Shown piece by piece: positions 1-9,645 of a stretch of 24,032 nucleotides of DNA; within the stretch, counting starts at the first letter, position 1, and the number at the start of each line of letters is the position of its first letter. The stretch comes from an uncultured archaeon (lineage in GTDB: Archaea; Asgardarchaeota; Jordiarchaeia; Jordiarchaeales; Jordiarchaeaceae), in assembly GCA_964510585.1 (NCBI GenBank), contig CAZECW010000184.1, positions 1 to 24,032 of the forward strand, written 5' to 3'. The notes below the pieces were generated by a model. The model searched no databases and was not told where the DNA came from. It was given only the letters and a program-made list of their open reading frames with translations. Both the position numbers and the translations under genes were made by a program.

Positions 1-138
1 CCCCATGAGGGTGCCAACATAGACGCCGTTCCCTTGAGGGAAGGGCGTGTTAACTGGGTGATGGCACACCCATTGCTTCGAAGGCTCCCGATGAGCCAGA
101 AGCAAGAATCTCCCGACTTTAGTCGCGGAGAGTGTCAA
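1..138 (+). mobile_element. Right part of a non-autonomous IS200/IS605-family element (copy 1, truncated by the window edge)
   Basis: Near-identical to 18221-18359 and to the reverse complement of 11935-12073. It ends in GAAT + subterminal hairpin (cgactttagtcg) + gagtgTCAA; this copy has a 1-nt loss in the hairpin stem. Confidence 0.9.
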
Positions 139-202
139 ATACAATGATTGTATTTATCTACTAACAATTTCTTCTTCGTCTCTTTTCTAAGTGAATTTAG
201 TC

Positions 203-1441
203 TTAGTATGACTGAAGTTTTTTAGGGGCATCAGGATTTTCGGGTCCCATGTGCTTTAGCACGACTAGGTTCTCATTTAAGCTCTCATTAACTATCTCCA
301 CACCATCTTTCGCTGCTTCAACGGTTACAAACAGCTCATCGCTTGTTAGGTCGCCGTACCCTATCATCATTGGTGCTTCAACCCTAAATTTGCCTATTCT
401 ACCGCGCCCCTGTATAACAATAAGGCCATACGCTGCCTTATCAAATATCTTCACACGTTTGCCTGGGTAAACTGTGAGCTCTTTCGCGCTGAACTCATTT
501 GAACCGTATATTACCCATTTCTCCTCATAACCTAGACTTTTGAATTCTTCTGGGTCTATGGCTGGGATGGGCTCAATATAATGGTGCCTTTTAAATTCTG
601 GGTCTATGTTCCCTCCCCAATCTATCATGTTAACAATATAGTCTAAGTCACGATGGTGCTCTTTAGGAACATCTTTCACAAGTAAATCCCAGGGTACGGG
701 TTTATCTTCAAGCATAGACTGGTACATTGCAAAAACATCCGACGCCTTCTGAACCTCATATGTTACGAGTGTTCCCGGGGCGTGAAGAATACCTGCTGGA
801 ACAAGCCATCCTGTTCCAGGCTTAAGCTTATAGGCTTTTGAGAAATACAAGATGCCATTATCGCCCATATTCCATCTCTCAATGCACCTTTTAATGTCCT
901 CTTTTGTTGTACCAGGTTCTAGACCAAAGAAAGTATATGGAAACCTCCCTTCAACGATATTAAGTTGTGGCGGGAAGTAGTAGGCCTCAGGCTTTGGAAG
1001 CCTATTGACCCTACGCGCTTGCTCCTCCATCTGGTGCAGATGCAGCGGTATTGGACATGAATTATCAAAGAATTTGGTCAAAACAGTCCATCCACCATAC
1101 TTTCGCATAACGTCTTTTCCAAGAAACTTTTCCCCTAAGATGTTGATCGCTTCCTTTAAGAGAACCTTATTTATTTTTGAACCTTCTTGGATGACAATAT
1201 AGCTTAGACCCTCGTCCTCAGGCGCCCCTGGGTTATCGGCCTTGGTTGTTGATGCAAGCCACCTCTCGTCAATTCCACCTCTTTCAACTCCTAAAGCATA
1301 AATGCCTTCAGGGGCTAGCTTAAGCCGTCTTCCCGGTGAAAGGAAGCTTCTCGGAACCCACGCCGGGGCTAGTCTGACAATTCCTTCACCGCTCCCAAGC
1401 GCATCTGAAACAATCGCTTCAACATTCAAGTTAACCACCAA
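203..1441 (-). CDS. Cupin-fold protein, type I mannose-6-phosphate isomerase-like
   Basis: 412 aa ORF with cupin metal-binding motifs PLHLHQ...KPEAYYF and VPAGILHAPG...YEVQ. The substrate is not determinable from sequence. Confidence 0.7.
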   Translation of the reverse strand: MVVNLNVEAIVSDALGSGEGIVRLAPAWVPRSFLSPGRRLKLAPEGIYALGVERGGIDERWLASTTKADNPGAPEDEGLSYIVIQEGSKINKVLLKEAINILGEKFLGKDVMRKYGGWTVLTKFFDNSCPIPLHLHQMEEQARRVNRLPKPEAYYFPPQLNIVEGRFPYTFFGLEPGTTKEDIKRCIERWNMGDNGILYFSKAYKLKPGTGWLVPAGILHAPGTLVTYEVQKASDVFAMYQSMLEDKPVPWDLLVKDVPKEHHRDLDYIVNMIDWGGNIDPEFKRHHYIEPIPAIDPEEFKSLGYEEKWVIYGSNEFSAKELTVYPGKRVKIFDKAAYGLIVIQGRGRIGKFRVEAPMMIGYGDLTSDELFVTVEAAKDGVEIVNESLNENLVVLKHMGPENPDAPKKLQSY

Positions 1442-1668
1442 GATATTATTAGTCTTCTAAAATAATATTTATTTATTATTAGGGCCTCCGGGGCGTAGGA
1501 TGGTGACAAAAATATTTTTTAAAATTGAATAAAAAGTTCGACTCTGTGTGGTTTAGGCCTCCTACTATTAAAGTTAAATGGCATGTTTGTTTCTATATTC
1601 ATCGATTCCAGCCTAGGAGATAATATTATATCTAATAAATTTTATGAATAAGGAAGAATTAATATTAG

Positions 1669-3783
1669 TTGGTTTTCCCTATGAAAAATAAAAATGTGTA
1701 CTGGTATGAAAAGAGCTATCGAAGGAATCTTGTAGACATGCATATTGAAGAGTGGGATGATAGATTTCTGTCTCAATTAGACTCTGCAACCTATGTTAGA
1801 ATGTTGAAGATTGCGAAGGTTAAGTCAGCTATGGTTTACGCGAATTCTCATGTAGGTTACTGTTATTGGCCAACTAAGACAGGACACATGCATAAGGGTC
1901 TAAATGGAAGAGATTTTTTAGGCGAAGTTATTAACTTATGCCATAGAGAGGGGATCGACGTAATTATTTATTACAGCTTAATTTTCAACAATTGGGCTTA
2001 CGAGCAGAATCCTGAATGGCGAGCAGTAGATATTTATGGGAAAGCTTCAAGGGAAATACCCATCCGAACAATAGTGTCTGGACGTTACGGCGTTTGCTGT
2101 CCTAACTCTCCCGGATACAGAAGGTTTGTCTTGGATCAGATTGAGGAGTTATGTCAAAACTATGACTTTGAAGGAATATTCTTCGACATGACATTCTGGC
2201 CTAGAGTGTGTTACTGTTCAAACTGTAAAGGAAGATACAAAGAGGAAGCTGGGGAAGAACTTCCTACAATCATTAACTGGGATGATCCATCTTGGATCAA
2301 ATTTCAGAAAAGGCGAGAAGAATGGTTAGCTGAGTTTGCAGCAATGGTTACCTCTTCAGTCAAAAAGTATAAGCCAGAAGTAACAGTTGAGCATCAATCT
2401 GCCACAGTACCCCACACATGGGTGATTGGCGTATCTTCTCTACTATTCAATGCAGAGTGCTGCGATTTTGTTGGCGGTGACTTCTATGGAGGTGCTTTGG
2501 AGCAATCCTTCATCTGTAAACTATATTACAACCTTACACCAAAGATGCCGTTTGAGTTTATGACTTCCATCTGTTATCCGGGTTTGCAAGAACACACTAC
2601 AACAAAATCTAAAGAGCTGATAGAGAACCGCGCTTTTATGACGATTGCTAATGGTGGTGCCTTTCAGGTTATTGACGCTATTGATCCAGTGGGTACTTTA
2701 GAAGAAAGGAGATACAAATTGATAGGTGAAGTGTTCAATGAAGTAAGCAAGTACGAAAAATATCTTGGAGGGGAACTCTGTCAGGATGTAGCGATATACT
2801 TCAGCTTCGACTCAAAGATTAACTTCGCTGAAAATGGTAAGAGAGCAACGCCAGAAGTTCTTGTGCAGTTCGCCCAGAACCTGCCTCATGTAAATGCCGC
2901 GTTAGGTGCCGCAGAAGCCTTAAGAACCAATCACATCCCGTTTGGCGTGATTACCAAGAAGAACCTAAAGGATTTATCGCGTCACCAGATTATAATATTT
3001 CCAAATGTGCTAAGACTTTCTGATGAGGAGGTTAGTGCAATAAGAGACTACGTAGTCAACGGTGGAAGCGTGTATGCCAGCAAGTTTACCTTGAGATCGA
3101 AGCTATCAGAAATGCTTGGTATAACTTCCATAGAAGAAACGCCTGAAAAGTTCACATATATCGCACCCACATTAGAAGGTAAGATGCTCCTGCCTGAAGT
3201 TACTAAAGAATGTCCATTATCAATATCTGATTCACAAATTAAGGCAGATCTCTCATCAAGAGAGGGGGTGATGGCAACCATCACGTTGCCTTACACCAAT
3301 CCTGATGACGTAACAAAGTTTGCCTCCATCCACTCTGATCCACCGGGGATTCCCACCAATTACCCCGCCATAATCCTTAAAAACATTGGAAAAGGAAAAA
3401 TCCTCTGGTCATCAGCATCAATAGAAACATATGCTACTCAATCTCTAAAACATAGGTCCATATTTGCAAATATTATAAAAACCTTAGCCCGAAAACCCTT
3501 CTCCTTCGAGGCTAACGCCCCAGGATGCGTTGAAATTATCCAATTTAATAAACCTGACGAAAAGAGATACTTAATCAATATTATCAACTTTCAATCCGAA
3601 ATTGGAGCACCAAACATTCCAATTAACGACATTTTACTAAAAGTGAGAGTTAAAGGAAAGACCTTAAGAGTTATTGCCTTACCAGATGAAACGCCGATTC
3701 CATTTAACCAAGACGGAGAAACTGTTAGGATAAATGTCCCAACATTACAGACGTTCCACATGTTAGCACTGGACTACAAATGA
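1669..3783 (+). CDS. Glycoside hydrolase, GHL6 / GH42-like catalytic domain plus beta-galactosidase trimerisation-like domain
   Basis: 704 aa. It has an N-terminal RRNLVDMHI motif, a TIM-barrel segment YDFEGIFFDM followed by CYCSNC (GH42-like Zn site), and a GATase-like middle domain (VAIYFS...LRTNHIPFGVI...IIIFPNV...YVVNGGSVYAS). An alternative ATG start is at 1681. No signal peptide is visible. Confidence 0.75.
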   Translation: MVFPMKNKNVYWYEKSYRRNLVDMHIEEWDDRFLSQLDSATYVRMLKIAKVKSAMVYANSHVGYCYWPTKTGHMHKGLNGRDFLGEVINLCHREGIDVIIYYSLIFNNWAYEQNPEWRAVDIYGKASREIPIRTIVSGRYGVCCPNSPGYRRFVLDQIEELCQNYDFEGIFFDMTFWPRVCYCSNCKGRYKEEAGEELPTIINWDDPSWIKFQKRREEWLAEFAAMVTSSVKKYKPEVTVEHQSATVPHTWVIGVSSLLFNAECCDFVGGDFYGGALEQSFICKLYYNLTPKMPFEFMTSICYPGLQEHTTTKSKELIENRAFMTIANGGAFQVIDAIDPVGTLEERRYKLIGEVFNEVSKYEKYLGGELCQDVAIYFSFDSKINFAENGKRATPEVLVQFAQNLPHVNAALGAAEALRTNHIPFGVITKKNLKDLSRHQIIIFPNVLRLSDEEVSAIRDYVVNGGSVYASKFTLRSKLSEMLGITSIEETPEKFTYIAPTLEGKMLLPEVTKECPLSISDSQIKADLSSREGVMATITLPYTNPDDVTKFASIHSDPPGIPTNYPAIILKNIGKGKILWSSASIETYATQSLKHRSIFANIIKTLARKPFSFEANAPGCVEIIQFNKPDEKRYLINIINFQSEIGAPNIPINDILLKVRVKGKTLRVIALPDETPIPFNQDGETVRINVPTLQTFHMLALDYK

Positions 3784-3909
3784 CAAAAATGCAAAAAAGT
3801 ATGGCAGTTCTCTACGATCTACATCTTCCATTCGAAAACTTAGTGCCTTAGGCATGTGAGCGTTTATCCAAATTCTTCATTAAGCAACTTGTATAATGTT
3901 ACGTGTAAG

Positions 3910-3917
3910 TTATAAAT
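3910..3917 (+). promoter_or_regulatory. Putative TATA box upstream of the PIG-L gene
   Basis: TTATAAAT in an AT-rich intergenic region about 90 bp upstream of 4005. Motif match only. Confidence 0.35.
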
Positions 3918-4004
3918 AGTTAATTAGTTTCTTTATGTAAACAATATTCATTGATAGTGCCTTTGTACTAATTTATTTCCAATTTTGTTTGGGGGTATTT
4001 ACCC

Positions 4005-4697
4005 TTGAGCGGAGCGAAATCGGTTCTTGTTGTGGCTGGCCATTCAGATGATGCGGATTATGCTTGTGGTGGAACTTTGGTGAAATTTGCAAGGGAAGAT
4101 GCCAACATTGTTTTGGTGGTGGTTACTCGGGGCGAGAAGGGAACCCTTGACCCCCATATAGATACAGATGCGTTTGCCAGGATTCGAAGAGAGGAACAGG
4201 AAAACTCTGCAAAAATACTAGGTGTTAACAAGGTCATCTATCTCGGTTACTCTGACCACGACGTTTTGCCCACACATGAGTTTCGAGCCAAGCTCATTAA
4301 AGAGATTTGCAGGTATAAGCCGGACATTGTGATGACCCATGATCCCTGGAAAAGGTATGAGTGTCATCCGGATCACCGTCACACTGGTATGATGGCGATT
4401 GAGGCTGCGAGTTTCTCCATGTATTCCACGGAGATTAAGCCCGCCGATCCTCTCCTTGAACCTCACTTAGTTCCGGAGATATGGTTGTTCAACACTGATA
4501 ATCCCAATCACTGGGTGGACATAACTGACACCATCGATAGAAAACTGGATGCCCTGAGACAGCACAAGAGCCAGCTGGGGGAGGAAATGGCCAAATTTGC
4601 CCAGAAGGCAAACGCCAAGATAGGGGCAAAGTATGGGGTAGAATTTGCGGAGGATTTTCGAATTCTGAGGCGTGGATTCCCATATTTGTACGAATAA
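4005..4697 (+). CDS. PIG-L / LmbE-family N-acetyl deacetylase
   Basis: 230 aa with GHSDD (HPDD-like), TRGEKG, RREEQENSAKILG and HPDH motifs. Confidence 0.9.
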   Translation: MSGAKSVLVVAGHSDDADYACGGTLVKFAREDANIVLVVVTRGEKGTLDPHIDTDAFARIRREEQENSAKILGVNKVIYLGYSDHDVLPTHEFRAKLIKEICRYKPDIVMTHDPWKRYECHPDHRHTGMMAIEAASFSMYSTEIKPADPLLEPHLVPEIWLFNTDNPNHWVDITDTIDRKLDALRQHKSQLGEEMAKFAQKANAKIGAKYGVEFAEDFRILRRGFPYLYE

Positions 4698-4788
4698 GTT
4701 AAATTCAAGGGAAGCTTAGTTTAACTTAAATACGCTGTAACTTAAAGTTTTATAAAATCTATTCAGTAACTATATATAGGGTATTAAT

Positions 4789-5025
4789 ATGTCTATGGAG
4801 AAGTTGTTGAAGGAAAAAGAGGCTTACAGAGAGTTGAGGTTAGAACTCTTAGAAAAGGCTAAGGGTAAATGGGTTGCAATATTTGAGGGTAGAGTGGTGG
4901 TTCAAGGTGATGAATTCGGTGAGGTGGTCAAAAGGGCTTTTGAGGTTACTGGGGGGAAAGTATTTTACGTAACCAAAGTTGGGGAAGAGCAGAAGGTTGA
5001 ACGCAGAATATACCGGAATAGATGA
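4789..5025 (+). CDS. Small DUF5678-like protein
   Basis: 78 aa. The segment ELLEKAKGKWVAIFEGRVVVQGDE...VVKRA...FYVTKVGEE matches the pattern I recognise for DUF5678. Confidence 0.7.
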   Translation: MSMEKLLKEKEAYRELRLELLEKAKGKWVAIFEGRVVVQGDEFGEVVKRAFEVTGGKVFYVTKVGEEQKVERRIYRNR

Positions 5026-5389
5026 AACCTATTATCCTCCCTTTCCTTGGTGTTTGGTCAGGATTCATAATCTGGCTAAAACAAGGGAAGTGACTGTGAG
5101 AGGTTATGTGGACACCGGAAGCGATGGGACAGTTGTAACCATAGACATCGGTAAAAAATTAAATCTGCACAAGCAACCAGTCACCACGGCTGAAACATTG
5201 AGTATTGGTGGAAAACCAGAATTAAGAATACTTTACGCCGCGATTTTTATCGTGAAGAGAGTGGAGGTGGTGGCAGCCGTGGATGTAAGGGATGATGTTA
5301 AAGAAGTCCTGCTGGGCCGTGACATTCTTCAACATCTGAGGCTAAGTATAGACTGGAAGAAAGGAACTGTTGACCTTAGAGATCCCTAA
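4997..5389 (+). CDS. Single-domain clan AA (retropepsin-like) aspartic protease
   Basis: Catalytic VDTGSDGT and C-terminal LLGRDIL motifs, with an N-terminal YYPPFP. The start is probably the TTG at 4997 (ORF track gives 4979), overlapping the upstream gene. Confidence 0.8.
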   Translation: MNAEYTGIDETYYPPFPWCLVRIHNLAKTREVTVRGYVDTGSDGTVVTIDIGKKLNLHKQPVTTAETLSIGGKPELRILYAAIFIVKRVEVVAAVDVRDDVKEVLLGRDILQHLRLSIDWKKGTVDLRDP

Positions 5390-5642
5390 AGAAAGTTTAG
5401 GGGAAAGAAGAAAAGATCATAAGAAAATTAGTATTTTTGATTTTTATCATATGTATTTTCTAAAATTTGTACGTGTCCTGCGAATATAATATGTCCGCAG
5501 AAGAAAGCTGTGGAGTACATAAAAACTAAAAATAAATCTTTTTATCCTTTTAATTTCTCTGTAGCTTCCGAAGTTCTTTTGCAAAACTATAAAAAGTAGA
5601 AAATTCCTATATTGAGATTAACTTGTTTAAGAGGCATTTTTA

Positions 5643-7220
5643 ATGGCGAAGAAAAAAAGGAAGACCGAGAAGAAGGAGAAAGGGAAGACCCGCTCATTGG
5701 TAACACTGGGATCTGCTTTCTTCACCTATAATGCTGACGTTCAAGCGTTTCCTGTTTATTATACTTCTATGGGAAGAGACTTGGGTACTTCTCGGGCTGC
5801 TCTGGGATTCATAGATACCACTAGGGGAGCTCTGCAGGCCTTTCTTACGCCCTTCTGGGGATTTCTAGCAGACAGATATTCTCGTAAGAAGGTTCTAACT
5901 ATAGGCTGCTTGGTCTGGGGGATTGCTACCATTCTCCTCTCCCTTGCCGGAAATTACACTACTCTTGCCCTTCTAAGAATAGTTACTGCCCTGGGACTGG
6001 CAACCATGGTTCCAACCGGCTTCTCACTTATTGCGGACATGTATCCCTTGGAAAGCAGAGGAAAATACTATGCGGTTTATGGAGCCATAGGAATAGTGGG
6101 TTTAATGTTAATTATACCAATACTGGGATTTCTGGACGCTCCAAGTCTCACGGGAGGATTAGAGTCAGACCTCTATAGACTAGCAGTATACCAGGCGGTT
6201 TATCCCGACACAATGCTTATTCTGAGGAATATTTTACAGCTGGACGCGCTTGCAAAAAGCACACTTTACAATGGGGTGTGGAGAAACGGCTTCATAGTTA
6301 TGGGAGGCATAAGCATTGGAGTCGCTGGGCTAGTAACACTATTTGTGAAGGAACCCCCGAGGGGAGCTGCAGAAAAAGAACTTAAAGGCGTTGTCACCGA
6401 AGAAACAACAGAAAAGTACAGGATAAAACGCAGCGCATTTAAGGAAATTTTGAGCACCCGCACCATGCTGGTAATCATTGGACAGGGAATAATGGGATAC
6501 TTTCCCTACGTCGTACTCCAATTCTGGTTCATCCACTGGTTTGAAACCGCTAGGCAAATTCCCCCATTTCAAGCCACCATAATTTTCGCAATACTGGTCA
6601 TGGGCTCGGCTCTCGGTAACCTAGTGGGTGGACTCCTCGGTGACCGCATGGAGAGGAGAAGCCCAGCAAAAGGCAGAATTATGGTTGCCCAAATATCAAC
6701 CTCCTCAGGAATACCGTTGGTGCTTCTAATCCTATTTGTCAGAATGGACTTACTTTTATACATTGGTATCGCGTTTTTCACCGCAATTATGATGAGCTGG
6801 AGCGGAGTGGGCGCGGTTGAGCCCATAGTCTCCGCAGTTAATAAGCCAGAAACACGTAGCACCGCCTGGGCTCTAGAGCAAATGTTTGAACAGGGCTTCG
6901 CAGCCTTCGGAGTAGTCATAACGGGTTGGATTGCTGACAACATAAACCTGGGAGTATCAGGAATAGCCATGCAGTGGATAACGCCCTATCTTAGTTATTG
7001 GCTCTATTTCGCCGATATAGGGTTCCTTCTCTATATTATGTGGCTATCCGGCGAGTCACTAACACTCGCCATGGCCCTAACAGTCTCTATTCCCTGGACC
7101 TTTTGCGTACTCATATGGTCACTAGCATACCGAACCTACTACAAAGATAAAAGTAAAATCCAACAGTTTCTGGAACAGAGAAGGAAAGAAATCACAAAAA
7201 GGGATTATCAGAATAGATAA
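5643..7220 (+). CDS. MFS transporter (MFS_1, Spinster-like)
   Basis: 525 aa with multiple hydrophobic helices, MFS motif A GFLADRYSRK, and its repeat GLLGDRMERR in the C-terminal half. Confidence 0.9.
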   Translation: MAKKKRKTEKKEKGKTRSLVTLGSAFFTYNADVQAFPVYYTSMGRDLGTSRAALGFIDTTRGALQAFLTPFWGFLADRYSRKKVLTIGCLVWGIATILLSLAGNYTTLALLRIVTALGLATMVPTGFSLIADMYPLESRGKYYAVYGAIGIVGLMLIIPILGFLDAPSLTGGLESDLYRLAVYQAVYPDTMLILRNILQLDALAKSTLYNGVWRNGFIVMGGISIGVAGLVTLFVKEPPRGAAEKELKGVVTEETTEKYRIKRSAFKEILSTRTMLVIIGQGIMGYFPYVVLQFWFIHWFETARQIPPFQATIIFAILVMGSALGNLVGGLLGDRMERRSPAKGRIMVAQISTSSGIPLVLLILFVRMDLLLYIGIAFFTAIMMSWSGVGAVEPIVSAVNKPETRSTAWALEQMFEQGFAAFGVVITGWIADNINLGVSGIAMQWITPYLSYWLYFADIGFLLYIMWLSGESLTLAMALTVSIPWTFCVLIWSLAYRTYYKDKSKIQQFLEQRRKEITKRDYQNR

Positions 7221-7548
7221 TCCATACCTTCTCTTTTTAAACCATATATTAGGGGTTGATAGTTTTTAGAATTAGGTAAAAATCAAAATTTATAGGACTC
7301 ACACAGTTGGCCGGGTATTTGTGTGTGGGACTTGGTGGATTTAACTTAGTTCTCTATTTTAATCATTTTTGGCATTTTCTTAGAAATAGGAACAAAAAAT
7401 TCTTGTTTTTACCAATTCAGGGTAAAAAAATGGGAATTTAACATTCCGCAGGTGCAATCCGCCCACAAATCAACCTTCAACTGTGTAACTCCTAATTTAT
7501 TAGGTATCTCAACATTTTGAAGAATACCTTAATGCCCATAGAAAATAA

Positions 7549-7686
7549 GATTTGCAGGTTAACCCCTCAAAATTTCCCAAATACTATCACACAACCAACG
7601 ACGCCCCAGAAAATTTAGACTACAACCAACTAGCAAGCGTAGTAAAGGTCTGCCTAGAATTCATAAAGCAAATAGACCAATCATAA
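7549..7686 (+). pseudogene. C-terminal remnant of an M28-family peptidase
   Basis: My translation gives DLQVNPSKFPKYYHTTNDAPENLDYNQLASVVKVCLEFIKQIDQS*. YHTxxD...LDY followed by a helix is the M28 C-terminal motif. The upstream frame is blocked by stops (TAA 7546-7548) and no start codon is present. Confidence 0.5.
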
Positions 7687-7867
7687 ACCCATAATCTGAA
7701 CGTTTTGAGAAATAGTGGTTGCCACCCCGGGCTGTAATAGAACGTGGGTGACATTAACATTTTTATCTCTCCGAGCATTCTTTTAAAATTGACCAGATTG
7801 CCTACTTTGTTGGGAATAGTGGTCAAGTTGCTAAAAACTTCTGACTGGCCAAGTTGATGGATTAGGG

Positions 7868-9592
7868 GTGAATAAGTTGAAGTTTTCCGTTCTCGCCAAG
7901 TGTTTTGAAGATTTAGAAGGTACTTCCAGCCGGCTTGAAATGACTGACATTCTCGCGAATCTTTTCAAGGACTGCACAACCGAGGAAATCGATAAGGTTG
8001 TCTATATGCTTCAGGGCACTGTGGCTCCCCCATTTAGGGGCATAGAGATTGGTATGGGGGAAAAATTCGTTCAGCAAGCGGTTTCCAACGCCTCCGGCGT
8101 TCCGAAGGAGGAGGTGGTTAACCAGTATAAAACTCTTGGTGACTTGGGCACCGTTGCTTCAAACATTCTTCCCAAAAAGGAGGGGGTTCTAACTGTTTCC
8201 CAAGTTTATGACGCCTTTATGAAAATCGCCACGGCCTCGGGCAAAGGCACACAAGAGGTGAGAATAAACGCCCTAACAGATCTCTTAAAGAATTCTTCAC
8301 CTGAGGAAGCAAAGTATCTGGTTAGGATACCTTTGGGAAAACTCAGGCTGGGTGTGGGAGACGCAACCATAATAGATGCCCTATCGGTTAGGACAGTGGG
8401 AGACAAGTCCATGAGGGAGGAGATTGAGAGGGCGTACAATCTCTGCTGCGACATGGGCCTAGTGGCAAAAACACTCTACACCGACAGGAATGCAATAACC
8501 AATTTTCAAATTAGGGTGGGCAACCCCATAAAGCCAGCACTGGCAGAGAGACTCTCAAGCGCGGAGGAAATCATTGAAAAAATTGGCGAGTGCTACGTTG
8601 AGGCAAAGTACGACGGTTTCAGAATCCAACTCCACAAAGAAGGAGACAAAATCGAATTATTCTCGAGAAGAATTGAGAGAATGACCCACATGTTCCCAGA
8701 AATAGTCAAAGCAGCCAAAGAACAAATAAAGGGAGACGCCATAATTGAGGGAGAAACCATAAGCTACGACGAATCCACAGGCGAATTCCTACCATTCCAA
8801 TTCACCATCCGCAGAAAAAGAAAACACGGAGTAGAAGAAATGGCGGAACAGTACCCCGCAATATACTTCGCCTTCGACATACTCTACAACGGCAAAGACC
8901 TAACCCAAAAACCCTACCTCGAAAGAAGAAGCATCCTAGAACAAACAATCACCGAAGGAGAAATCATAAAAATCTCGGAAAAAATCAGAACAGGAGACCC
9001 CCAAGAGTTGATGCGATTCTTCAACGAAAACATTGGAAGAGGACTGGAAGGCATAGTAGCAAAAGACCTAAAAGCGCCATACATTGCAGGAGCAAGAAAA
9101 TTCGCCTGGATAAAACTGAAGCGATCCTACAAGGGAGAACTAGCAGACACAGTAGACGTCACCATAGTAGGATACCTGGCAGGCAGAGGAGCCAGAGCAA
9201 AAATGGTGGGAGCCCTACTAGGAGCAGTCTACGATGAAGAAACAGAAACATTCAAAACAGTAGCCAAAATCGGCAGCGGAATGACAGAAGAACAAATGAT
9301 AAACCTAAAGAAAATGCTCGACCAAATAAAAGTAGAAAAAAAGCCCAAAAACGTCGACTCCCTCATAACACCAGACGTCTGGACCCAGCCCCAATACGTA
9401 ATCACAGTATCCGCAGACGAAATAACCCTATCACCATCACACACCTGCGGAAGAACCAAAGACCTAGGATACGCACTCAGATTCCCCAGAATGGTAAGCT
9501 GGATAAGACAAGACAAAAAACCAGAAGACTCCACCACAGTAAAAGAAATAATACAAATGTACAACATGCAAAAACACGCAAAAACAGAATAA
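7868..9592 (+). CDS. lig: ATP-dependent DNA ligase (archaeal/eukaryotic LigI type)
   Basis: 574 aa with an N-terminal DNA-binding domain, motif I EAKYDGFRIQLH, then FAFDILY, EGIVAK, WIKLKRSY, and motif VI ALRFPRM. Confidence 0.97.
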   Translation: MNKLKFSVLAKCFEDLEGTSSRLEMTDILANLFKDCTTEEIDKVVYMLQGTVAPPFRGIEIGMGEKFVQQAVSNASGVPKEEVVNQYKTLGDLGTVASNILPKKEGVLTVSQVYDAFMKIATASGKGTQEVRINALTDLLKNSSPEEAKYLVRIPLGKLRLGVGDATIIDALSVRTVGDKSMREEIERAYNLCCDMGLVAKTLYTDRNAITNFQIRVGNPIKPALAERLSSAEEIIEKIGECYVEAKYDGFRIQLHKEGDKIELFSRRIERMTHMFPEIVKAAKEQIKGDAIIEGETISYDESTGEFLPFQFTIRRKRKHGVEEMAEQYPAIYFAFDILYNGKDLTQKPYLERRSILEQTITEGEIIKISEKIRTGDPQELMRFFNENIGRGLEGIVAKDLKAPYIAGARKFAWIKLKRSYKGELADTVDVTIVGYLAGRGARAKMVGALLGAVYDEETETFKTVAKIGSGMTEEQMINLKKMLDQIKVEKKPKNVDSLITPDVWTQPQYVITVSADEITLSPSHTCGRTKDLGYALRFPRMVSWIRQDKKPEDSTTVKEIIQMYNMQKHAKTE

Positions 9593-9645
9593 AAAGGGAA
9601 AAGAAGAAACAAACCCCTCAGAGACAAGCCGAATTCTGGGGACAA

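Noticed and set aside
3781-3830. Read-through of the glycoside hydrolase TGA stop
   Set aside because: The protein ends at a natural domain end and the downstream sequence shows no coding character or redox motif.
7620-7826. 68-aa minus-strand ORF upstream of lig
   Set aside because: It has no recognisable motif and overlaps the + strand M28 remnant and the presumed lig promoter.
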